From: Oopsacas minuta
Taxonomy: Eukaryota > Animalia > Porifera
DNA: 55,699 nucleotides
Direction of reading: 5' to 3'
Assembly (NCBI GenBank): GCA_024704765.1
Contig: JAKMXF010000056.1
Location: 1 to 55,699 of the forward strand
Within the stretch, counting starts at the first letter, position 1. The number at the start of each line of letters is the position of its first letter. Position numbers and translations under genes: made by a program. The notes below the pieces were generated by a model that ran no database searches, was not told the DNA's origin, and was given only the letters and a program-made list of their open reading frames with translations. Positions 24,100-35,607 of the stretch are shown here, piece after piece.

Positions 24100-26700
24100 A
24101 AATTTGCCTATAAAAGGAAATCATTACCTGACAAAACTATCAGAACAGTCGAGTGTTTTATTAGGATGATGAAAACTTTCGTCAGATGCCTGGAAGGAAA
24201 GATTATAATAGTATTTCGCATAATGTGCAAGTCCAGAAAAGATTAATCCTTTGGAATTTACGGGAGCTATATGCAGAATTCAAAAAGAAGACATGAAGGT
24301 GTAAGATTTAGTACATACAGTATGTATTTAAAATAAAACAGAATAATGAAAAATACTATAGATATTGTTTCGTGAATTTTGTCCAAAGTAGTCTCTTCCT
24401 GCAGATTCATGTGGAACTCATTCCTTATGTGCCTGCTCTATCCATCAAATGGTTATACTCCTCGTCCATGCTCCAGACTTCTATAAAGAATTGATATAAA
24501 AATAGTATGTTCAGCTGAAGATACTTATTGTATGATTCATCGTTGTGAAAATTTTCCAGGAAAAAAGAATCACAGAAACTCAGAAATTATCTCAAAGCAT
24601 AACAAACAATAGAAATAACAGTGTTAAATTACAATATATTTTGAGTTTGATGAAATTCTTTCTGGCTTGAATATTCGTAGAATGATATATACTTATCAAA
24701 GGAGTATATAAATTTTTGAATTAGTGATTAGAATCTACATGGGTTGTTCAATAAATAATTAGACTTTTTCATAATTCATATAGTAAACCTATACTTATCA
24801 TAATTGATTATCAAATGTTTCGATAAATTCCCCCTTTGACTTTATACATCGTTTCCATCGTTCTGGTAGCTTTTACAGCCCAGTGGTATGGAATTCTTTA
24901 GGTGTCCCATTTTCCCACTGTATGATTTCGTACTCCAGCCATTTGAAATCCTCAAATCTCTTCCCTCGAAGAGGTCTCTTCATCTCTCTAAACAGCCAGT
25001 AGCCGCTGGTAGCCAGGTCTGGACTGTGCGGGGGATGAGGGAGGTATTCAAATCTAAAGTCGTCAATTGCAGCCATTGTCTTGGAGCTTACATGGGACCT
25101 TGCGTTGTCATGCTGCAGCAATACGCCACGTGTTAACTTTCCCTCGCCTCTCACGTTTATTCGCTTGACGCAATTCGTTCAATTCGTCAACGTAATAATC
25201 ACTGTTTATGGTTGTCTTCTCAGGCAACCAGTTGAGGTGTATAATTCCTTCCCTATCTCAAAATACTGTTCCCACTCTCTTCCCTGCTGATTTTGCGGCC
25301 TTTACTTTGATATGTACCAGTTCATCACGTCCCTTCCACTGCTTCGATTGAGTTTTACCCTCTGGTTCATAATAATGAAACCAAGTTTAATCCCCCTTTA
25401 CTATACGTTCCAAAAGTCTTCCTCTACCAGATATCATGAAAGTAATTCTTTGCTAACTCTGACCCTTTCGCGTTTTTGTTCTTTTGAAAGAAGTTTCGGG
25501 ACGCAACGCGCAGTTACCTTCGACATTTCCAGATCTTCAGTAATAATCGAGTGTAGTGTGGCTTTTGATATGCCTACCCTCTCTTCTAACTCTCGCAGGG
25601 TTATTCGTCTGTCCTCCTCGATATTTCTGCGAGTTGTTGAGGAAGTCGGACGACCTGGAAGAGGATCATCGTGGCGGACCTTATCGCCATTATCAAAACG
25701 TTCGATCCATCTATATATGGTGGCTTTCGAAGGACATTCATCTCCGAAAATATCCTGCATTTCATGAATAATGTATGAGTCAGTCTTCCCCTTTTGCCAC
25801 AGGTACCAAAATATTTGTCGTTTTCCTTCTTTGCTACAATCAACTAGTTGAAAAAAGTAGCCGATACAAATGAAACTTTATACTGAAGAATATGCTAGTA
25901 GAGTAAAGAGTATATTGTATCAAAGTTAGACAATCAAGTTAGGCTTGTAATCTGATATTAGGCTTAGAGCTGTATTAACTACAATATGAATTCGATACAT
26001 TAGTTTCATTACTTATTAAACAACCCTTGCAATTGAGTATGATCAATTTGAAATACACTCGGCCAGCATATCTCCATATACTTCAATTCCATCGATAAAC
26101 TAACCTCTCATTCTTACATTTCTAAAGCTCAAACTTCCTATTATAAATGTGAAAAGATCTGCTTAACATTGCATCAGCAATTTTTTTTCTTGACTTTGCT
26201 GGAAATACTCGTTTGTTGTAAAGATCAAGTACAAGCGTTCATAGGAAATATTCAAGTAACTGTACACCCGATAGTTACCTATTAACGTGAGAATAGTTAC
26301 TCGAATTTAATACTAATCCAAATGAATACAACCTTTGCAAATTTCGCAAGAGTGACTTACATTTTAGAAATTATTCCCATCAGATCTTTCCGTATCACCT
26401 CTGATGACATAGATCATAATCTGATTATGATTTACTTAATCCAATAATTGATTACTGAGCATTTAAGCTCACACTAATACAGATTTGCAAACTGGAATAT
26501 TTCAGCGATTGGTGTGCTGACACTATACGAATCGAAATGTTGTAGAATTTGTGTTTAGCAGAGAATGGATTTAGGACTTGGAATCAGAATTATCTTTGCT
26601 ACTTAGTACGGAAGTCACTATGCGGCGCCATCGATGGAACGAGAGTAACTGCCAGAGCAAGTATACACTGACCAAAAGAACACACCATAATGACATCACT
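24100..26700 (+). mobile_element. Sola2-like transposase remnant split by a mariner
   Basis: Left of the mariner: DDENFRQMPGRKDY...QKRLILWNLRELYAEFK, GTHSLCACSIHQ and CMIHRCENFPG. Right of it: FLDFAGN.SFVVKDQVQAFH and LEYFSDWCA. The superfamily label is from recalled motifs only. Confidence 0.55.
24738..26029 (-). mobile_element. Mariner family A, third copy (1292 bp), decayed
   Basis: TA|catgggttgttcaataaataattagac and tttcattacttattaaacaacccttg. It is closely similar to 1316-2620. Fragments include CPSKATIYRWIERF, QHDNARSH and HSPDLATSGYWLF. Confidence 0.92.
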
Positions 26701-27189
26701 ACAAAGATTTAAACACAGCTCTTCAAACCCTTGCCTTCCAGACGTTTAATTCATTGATATTCAAGAAGATCAAATAACTGAAATGGGGTACATATTGGAA
26801 ACTGATTAAGCTTGGCGCAATAATCCCATTATGATAGATGCGTAATATTTACACAAACATATATATAGATATTGATATATTATTAACAAATAACTTATAT
26901 ATAGCTCAACTATACCATAGTACGGTTTTTGTTTATTACCTTTTCTAACTTCGAGGAAATGTCCTGGTTCGGATATATGAAGTCACCTTTTTGAATGAGG
27001 GTATGCGGTTTTTGTATAGCAAAAAACTGTACAATACTATAGCTCAGTTTTATATAAGGAATCTCGACTATTAAACGCAAGAAGGCTGTAAATATGTATG
27101 TTTGTATGTCAGAATTGATTGAAGAAACTGCAGGAACTCCAGGGTTGATTTTTAGTATACAAGAGTAGTTCGGGCATGGCTCGGACAAG

Positions 27190-27686
27190 ATCGAGACTTG
27201 GACAAATAATCACGCCTATGACGAAATTATGGCGTCATTGTAACCTTCTTAGAATTCCTAAAATCACATTATTGACCACTGTTCAGCTAATATACATGAT
27301 GGAAGTTTGAAATTTGAATCACAGGTACCCCATATGGTGGCATGTTCTGATGTCATGATTTCGGCCTAAATGCACTCATCATGGGATTATTGCGTCATTA
27401 CATCTTTTCAAGAATTTTCCAAATTTCGATATTTTTGGGAAATTCATTATATTCTCGACACCAATTTCCCGATTTCTAACTTCAAGTGACCTACGAGCTG
27501 CTGTATTACTCCACAAGGACATTAAATGGAATTTGGATGGACGATGGATAATAATAAATTAATATATCCCCAAAGAATTCTTCTCAGGCACGTAGTGCTG
27601 AGTATAATACCCGGCCGCCTAGCCAACAAGAAAATTAGTTATTTACTATTTAAGCCAACCTGCGGCTAGCAAGTGACGTGCGCTAG
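27190..27686 (+). repeat. Non-autonomous interspersed repeat, possibly Helitron-type (copy 1)
   Basis: It shares cacgcctatgacgaaat, aatcacaggtacccc and tagtgc.gagtataata.ccgg blocks with 35349-35607. Both copies end in CTAG|TT. Confidence 0.45.
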
Positions 27687-28619
27687 TTGTTAACAATTGT
27701 TAACTAACACAATACACATATCAAGAGGCCAGGGTAATTGTTCCGAATCGTTTTAGGGGATGAACTTTATGTATGTGTATATCATTGTTTGGGTGCCTGG
27801 GTCGGTTTAGACGCATAAATGATTAGTGTTGGAGATCGTATTCTTGTGAAATTTACTTAGATGTTGCCGCATTTTTGCATGGTAAACTCCCAAAGTCTGA
27901 TTTTGTTTCCCAAAAATTGCGTACCAATACTTATACCTCTCTGAAATGTAGTTAGTAGATAGCAAAGAATTCACCTCCCCTAATAGTTGAATTATGGGCG
28001 GGCAAAGTCGGATACCTACTCCGAAATTTTATCATTGTATATCAAATTCAAGCCCAATACACGTAGCATCTCGCCCATCCTATTCCTGCCCTAGCAAGAT
28101 CATTATATGCATTATGTGCTGTAACAAATATTCTAAGGAGATTCCACTTAAAATGACATCGATTTCCCAAATATGTTGAGGAGCAAAGATCTAAATTTTC
28201 TCTAACCCATATTGAAAAGTTCGTGTTGTTTTAGAGGTGACGAGTAGAGTGACTACAAATATTTTTAACAATCGCTAACTAGAGGCGTATATTACGATGC
28301 CACAAATCCAGCGAGGATTGAAGGCCCGAGTGTATTTAGTGAGGAATTTGCGAAGGCCCCGTTTTCACCCTGGATATTAAAAAATATCAAAATCAAAAAG
28401 ATTATTGGGTTGTGAAACTCCTGCAATAGGTATACAGGATATTTTGGTATGTAGATATGGAATATCATGGGGAAAAACATTCAGGAAACATTATATAATA
28501 ATATACCAAGCTTGAACAAATATACATAAATTAAAAATATTGCACCGAAGGATACACATACTAAAACACCCAAAATATCGAAGTATAATTTAGATCAGAT
28601 TCAGCCATAACATTGGAAA

Positions 28620-28822
28620 CTATGTGACACCGGGTATAATCGTCCCTATGTTTCGAAGAAGGACTTCATTTTTTATAATTTCAAACACAATTTTGATGTT
28701 TTCAGTGTCGGTAGCTTGAGTGTAATGGTGGTACACGTTACTTCGATTCTGATTTTGTGTCCATATCATCGCAAACATATTGTAAATAAATTCTCTTGCC
28801 GATTTCTCATCCTTTGGTGGTC
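28620..28822 (-). CDS. GNAQ: Gq-class G-protein alpha subunit, terminal coding exon
   Basis: Acceptor tatttatag|GA. Phase 1 matches the donor at 44800. It encodes (G)PPKDEKSAREFIYNMFAMIWTQNQNRSNVYHHYTQATDTENIKIVFEIIKNEVLLRNIGTIIPGVT* with TAG at 28622-28620. This exon is absent from the ORF track. It is a divergent paralog, so the symbol is indicative only. Confidence 0.88.
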
Positions 28823-29865
28823 CTATAAATAGAATTAAACATTATGTACGATTAACTTAACAATAGAGCAAAAGATTCAAGATAGAGACATATGGTTTTG
28901 GCCGAGAAAATGATGGAGGATGGGAATTCTATATAAATTCTATAGAAATAAAAAGCGATTAACTTGCATATAGTCATATAGTAAGAGAAAAAGTTGAAAT
29001 TGTTTACCTAAGAAATGCCCCACACATATTATAGGGTATGACCCGAAAACCCTGTGGGCCGCTGATTAGACATACGGCAGCTCTAGATTTGGGAAATTTG
29101 GAATATATTATTATATTATCAAAAAATCTATAATTATGGCTGAATATTTTTATTATCTTAGAATTGATATATATCCCGCGTTATAAGATAAAGTAACTGA
29201 CTGATTGCAAACTGATACGAATCAGCAGGCGGTACATGAGGCTGTGAGCACCGATAACGATGACATGATTCTACCTATAGTAGCAAATAATTAATATCAA
29301 ATGAAAGGATATATACTTATAAAACTCTTCTTTTTCGCTTTCTTTGTGGCCGATTTTAGACCATTAGCATTTAAAAAGCCTCAACCTGTGGTTTAAAATA
29401 CAGCTCGCCCGGATTAAAGCCTAGCGACAGAATTAATCTATACCACATATGCCACATTTGGAACAATTATTCATAGGCCCCTTAACTAAGAAGATTGGTT
29501 ATAAACAAAAACATATAATCATACTGGGATAATACAGACCCTTAGAAATCTAGTTTCTGAATTACTCCATCTCATATTAATTTTGTACAGATACTAATTG
29601 AACAAGTAAATAGTTCATTATCTAAATAATGATCGAAAACATTTAGGTGAAACAATTTGAATATAACCCAGGACGATGTTAACAACCTGGTTAAATAATA
29701 CTTTGAGGTATGAAATCCTAAGAATGTATAAATGTTGAAGGATTTATAATTGTATATATGGTGGATAAAGTTTAACTCATCCGCCGTATTCACTAAGAAG
29801 ATAAGAACGAAATTCACAATTGAGAACTAAATACGATCATAAGTCCAAAGTTCGAACTCAAGGTT

Positions 29866-30924
29866 AGGACCTGATTAAAGGTAGTGGGGCCCATTGGCAA
29901 AATATCTTGTGGGCCCCCTCTATTAATTTATACTACAAGAAATTGAGTATATTCAAATAAATCAACAATGGTAATAGCATCAATCGGAATGCGACGGAAA
30001 GTATCTCGAGTTCACTCCTAACATTGGGTATTATATCACCAAAGCCGTTTTCATACCACGATTCGAAGCACTATAGCCCCAAACCTGACGGAGTTATTCA
30101 CGTTTGAAAATATTTTGGTAGACGATTTTAGTTTATTCGAGCATTAATGATGAAGAACTCTTAGTTTTGGAGCTACAGGGCTGGCTATAACACCATTCAA
30201 TAGTTCAGACAATTCACTTCGCTCTGATAGGTAGAGAGGTCAAAAGAGGTTAGGTTAGTGAGATAATAACCAAAGGTGGAGTGAGGTCACAATTTTATCA
30301 AAATTTTATCAAAAAAGTTTCCAAAGATGCTAAAATTTCTGGCCAAAAGAGGAAAAATGCAATATTTAGCGAAAAAATTGGGAGTTGGATAGATTCAGCC
30401 ATTTGGGACAGGAATGGACGTTCAATCAAGGTGTTCAATTTCAAAATCCAATAACCTGTAACCATACCCACATCCTCGCTTTCCGAACAGGTCCGAAAAA
30501 GTATAATACTTTCAAATATAACTAATTATATCCAATACAACTATGGACAAACATATTACTCTATTAGAAACGTTGGTAGCTCTTCATCTATGTCACAAAT
30601 TTCGAAAAATAATTTCACATCATAAAGCATTATTTCAATGCTTTTCGATAATCTGAACAATTTCAGAAATCCATAAGAAATATTTGCAATTGGAATAGTG
30701 TGGTCCAGTTTCGAGAGGATTTAGTATCGTATATCTACTAGGCACCATAGTATAGGAATTCATGTTGATTAAAAGCAATAGGTTGGATATTAAGTGAAAT
30801 TCTTCTAAATGAGAATTGTATAAAAGGTAAAATATTCAGAAAACATCTAAAAAGTTACCTAAAGGTATTTTTCAGGGCTGTGGGCAGCTACCCACTCTGC
30901 CACACCACCCTTAAGTCCGAGCCT
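29866..30924. mobile_element. Non-autonomous hAT-like element
   Basis: aggacctgattaaagg and cccttaagtccgagcct are imperfect TIRs. There is a weak remnant of a hAT C-terminal dimerisation region inside. Confidence 0.4.
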
Positions 30925-31929
30925 CTTGAAAACTCTCAGACCTAATAAAGGTAAAAGCGGTTGGATGAGATAAATTTGAAAAGTGAATTAAATGTCCCAA
31001 TCTTGTGCTAAAAATGGCTGAATTTAGCAACCTCGCAATACTTTCACTCACAAATTCAATTATTCACCCTTTTGGCTAGTAAATTAGCATATTTTGAGAA
31101 TTATTTGGGATGCAAATCTTCCAAAAATTCGTTATTAAATCACCAAACCGGCCATCAGGTGTCCACATAAGCTATCACGGTGAAAGCGAATCTTCTGAGT
31201 TGTCGAATAGGGTTGTTGCCACCCTTGGAGGTCCAATGCTGAAGTACTTATTCACATATAAAGCTCGAACAAATTCAAAATTTCTGTCATAATATTTTTC
31301 AAACGTCAAAACTCCGTCAATTATCGAACTATAGGGTTGGCGAATGCAGCGAAGTGATAACAATGATAATGACTGAGTAATCAAGTTTGCACAGTGAAGC
31401 AATAACAATGATAGATCTGATAGTAGGACACATTTCAAAAGAAACGGGCCCAGTATAAATCTACTGTTAAACCAAATATTTCGAGACGAAATATATTCTT
31501 CATTTAGGAGTAGTGAATCCTATTCACAAGTCAGGACAACTAAAAGGAAAGAAATTCACCTGCGAGAATAGCAACAGAAACAAGAAAGGTCTAAATTCCA
31601 AAAATAGACACATTCTATAAATTCAAATCACAATCAAAAGAATTGCCAACCAAAGACAATGAGCTATCTACTTCAACATCTTCCATTGTACCTCTTGGCG
31701 ATTCATTTATATCTAACTGATGCGAATTACTTGCAGTAGTGGACTCCAGTTTTATCGAGTCAGGGTACCAAGTTCCGGAGGTTGTAGAAGAGCAACATAA
31801 TTTTGCTGAGAAAGAAATACAACTTGTGATAACATTAGCTTGTAGGAAATATATCATAAGACATACGAAATCGTTGGATAGGCAAAAGGTAATGAAGATT
31901 GGAGAAATAATCGTAATAACTTCCCAAAT

Positions 31930-33150
31930 TCTTGCAAGATTCATGGAAATGTAGGATATCTCCGATACTGCCCGAAGTCCTTTCACACGACTTCATCCTT
32001 TGACAGGAGGTCCTGCAGAACATATATCGTTCTGTAACTCAGGGAAGAAATTTTGCTTGGCATGTAAGCTACTAACACGGATAAATAGTTCATTGACTCA
32101 AGGCTGTAATGACTGGAAGCATGCTAACGAGAGAATTTGGCCTCATGAAAATAGCCAGAAGCATATAGAAGCTATGGTAATAATGTGTACGAGAAAAAAA
32201 GGATTGGGAGTATGAATTGTCATGTGATCCAGGAGTTTGGAAAGCAATGACAGTATTCGCACAAGGTGATAGAGTGTGCAGTATCTGTAATAACATTTCT
32301 CAGCGAATGGAGTGAGAAATGTTATTACAGATACTGTGGAAAGGGAAAGACGAAGTAAGTGGATCTCTAAGTATTGGTAATAATAGGAGTGATGGAGGTC
32401 TCACAAATATAATTGAATACTTGCACTCGCACAACACATCGCCATGTTGCTTACAAAGGAAGGGATCTTCAACGATTTGCGAGGAAATTATTAGTTTAAT
32501 ATACAGCAAGGTGCTCAAGAAAATTATCCATCAACTAAAATAAGTGAAGTTTCACTCGATATTACACACACAGATCAACAAACATTGATTGTCTGCTATG
32601 TCCTACGGCTGGCCTAAGGCTTCAAAGGCTTCTGAGGTTTTCACAGATGATCGGGCATACCGGACAAGTGATAGCGGAAAGGATGCTAATCTTTTTAGAA
32701 GAATATAGAATCAATATAAACAATTGTCGTGGACAATCAATTGATAATGCATCAAATATGAGCGGTAAATATATTGGTGTCCAAAATATCATAGGATAAA
32801 AAGAATCCATAACGACATTAATACCATGTGCAGCTCATTCGCTCAATTTTGAGGGGCAAAGTTCCACTGAAAATACCATCTTTGGAATATGATATGGAAC
32901 AGAAGGTTGACTGTCGAAATGAAGCACGTTCAATAGTTAAAAAACTTGGTAAACTAGATTCTGTCATTCTTCTTGCACTGGGAAAACATTTTTGGAGCAC
33001 ATCCATCAAACTGCTTTCTCCTTTGAGTAAAGTACTTTAAATTTCAATGCCGTAGTATCGCTACTAAAGCCCCTATTGGTTTTGTTGAAACTCAGAAGAC
33101 AGAATTTAAACATTTTCATAACTGTCTATGATTATGTGTGGAACCTGCCA
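31930..33150 (+). mobile_element. hAT (ZMYM1/TTF-zinc-finger type) transposase remnant
   Basis: KFCLACKLL...GCNDWKHANERIWPHENSQKHIEAM, SSTICEEIISLI and NCRGQSIDNASNMSGKYIGVQ...PCAAHSLN. It is cut by the mariner at 33154. Confidence 0.8.
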
Positions 33151-33153
33151 GTA

Positions 33154-34183
33154 CGAGGGGTACTCAATAACTTTTGAGCCTAAGTATCAAAAAGCATCAA
33201 TCTATATAAATTTTTACTATAATTGTTCGAAATAGTATCCCTTAGCTTGAATACACTTGTTCATTCGTTTAAACCAAGCTTGAATAGCTTCTTTAAATGA
33301 ATTTTCGTTAATGTCTCCGATCACTTCTCTGAGGCCCCCTCAAGTTCAGAATTCGATGAAAAATTTCTGCCTTTAAGGTATTTGTTTAATCTAGGAAAGA
33401 GCCAGAAGTCGCAGGGTGCTAGATCTGGAGAATAAGGGGGGTGTGGCAAAATATGTAATCCTGATTCTTCAATGAATTGTCTTGTCATTTTTGATGTATG
33501 AGAACTGGCATTATCGTCGTGCAAAAGTTCCCCTTAATCCTGTGCCAGGACCCTGTAAACTTATTGCTTTTATGACTAGAGGCAAACAACTCTCTGTATA
33601 CCAGGTTGAATTATTTATCTTACCAGGTTCAAGAGGTACAACAGTTTTAACACCCATTGTATTAAAAAATGCATACATTTGTTTCTTAGTGTACAGAGTT
33701 CTGCGAACCTTTGTTGGGGGACCTTCTCCAATTTCACACCATTGATGGCTCTGCTGCTTTGTTTCCGTATCATAGTGATAGATCCATGTTTCATCACCAG
33801 TTATTATCTTGGAAACATCTCTATTGTTGCCATTGTTCAATTTTTTAAGCATTTCATGGCACCATTTCACTCGATTCTGCTTCTGCTCAGGATGAAGCTG
33901 ATGTGGGATCCAACGGGCACAAAGTTTACGTAGCTGAAGGGATTGGTGTAAAACGGTGTGCACTGCCCCGGGTGAAATGCCAATTTCGTGCTGAATCCTC
34001 TCATATGTAACATTTGAGTCTGCTATCACCATTTCCTCAAATGACTCAACAATTCCCTCTGTAACAGCGTATGGGGGTGGTCCAGGGCGGGGTTGGTCTT
34101 CAAGATGAAAATTCCCACACATAAATTCTCTGTACCATCTTTTCACAGTTTTTGCAGATACCCTGTTATTTGGAAAGGCTGTA
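33154..34183 (-). mobile_element. Mariner family B, second copy, 5'-truncated
   Basis: TA|cgaggggtactcaataacttttgagcct, closely similar to 7138-8160. It has a 211-aa ORF with DETW plus HDDNASSH...SPDLAPCDFWLF after a frameshift. Confidence 0.92.
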
Positions 34184-35348
34184 TTACCTATAAATCTGAT
34201 TCTTTGTGCTAGCGGGTCTTAAATATTTGAGTTATGGTATATACTTAGGATGTTAAAAAAAACCTTTGTCAAGCTGGAGATTCAACATAGTGTCCGTGTT
34301 ATTCATCTGGAAAATATATGAGTATGTTTACAAACTAGGAAAATGAACTGTATCCGCATTCCATTGAACTATTTCCTCATTTCTATTAGCTATTATACCT
34401 TACCAATAAATATTTTGACCTAACATCGTTATGATCTTCTCTTAATAAAATAGCGTGCTGATTTAACAGGGGAAACTCAGATTTATCAAGAATTTTCCCA
34501 CATTATTAACTCTTTTATAATTTCTCCGGGTTTCCTAAATTCAATTTGTATCTAACCATAGACGTTAAATTTTGTACATTTCGAAATAAACTGTATGAAA
34601 GTATTATCGTGAGTAGGTTTTGGGTCTTCCAATCTCTTTCTTCGCATCGATTTGAAATATAAACGTAATTTCAAATACAATGGAACCACCTCAGGAAAGA
34701 AAATAGAATTATTGTAATTGAAAATCAAAATCACTCATTGATTTCCCATGAATTGTAACACTAAAATCAAAAATATATCTTCTTAATTACTAAATAATTT
34801 AATCAATCATAGTTAGATCAGATAGTTTACGAAAAAGCAGATTGAAATCATTCATTACACCCATGAAGAATATAAAATCATCTAAAACAAGTAAAAATTA
34901 TTGTATTTATTGCATTGATTGAGTTGTTATGATTTTGCTCTTGATTTTAAATCAATTCACTCAAAGGTTATATCATTTTGAAATAAATTTCACAATTAAA
35001 TATATATAAACATAAATCAAACAGTACAATCAATTCTACAAATTAAAAGTTTTTAAATAACGGTAAGATAAAAGAGGTTCGAAAATACATATATATTTTA
35101 CATCACTGATAATTTTGTAGTAGAAGTACCAAGACCGCCCATGAAGTGAAAACAAAAACAAAATGTTGGAGTCTGGGATATATTAGACATGCACACAAAT
35201 TAAATATATAAATATATAATCAAGAATATGTTAGATTAAGAAATTGAGTAAACGCGATTAATGTACGTGTATATAGATTTATGTTTGTTGTGCAGGATTA
35301 ATTAAAGAAACTGGAAGCCTCGCAGGACTGAATTTAGGCATACAGAGG

Positions 35349-35607
35349 TCTTTTGAGCCTGGCGCGTGCAAGTGCGAGTCTTGAACGAAAATTCACACCT
35401 ATGACGAAATTCCAACCTCATTGTACCCTTTTTGGATTTTCGAAAATCACAGGTACCCCTAACTCATCATGGAATATTATTTCATCACGACTGCATAGTG
35501 CAGAGTATAATATCCGGTTGCGTAACCTACAAGTAATTTCGCTGCTCAATACTTAAACTAACCTCAAGCATTAAGCTGTCGCAGAGCGAACTGCAAGCAA
35601 AGCCTAG
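35349..35607 (+). repeat. Non-autonomous interspersed repeat, possibly Helitron-type (copy 2)
   Basis: It starts TC, ends cgcagagcgaactgc-aagcaaagcCTAG|T (weak hairpin plus CTAG), and is homologous to 27190-27686. Confidence 0.45.
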
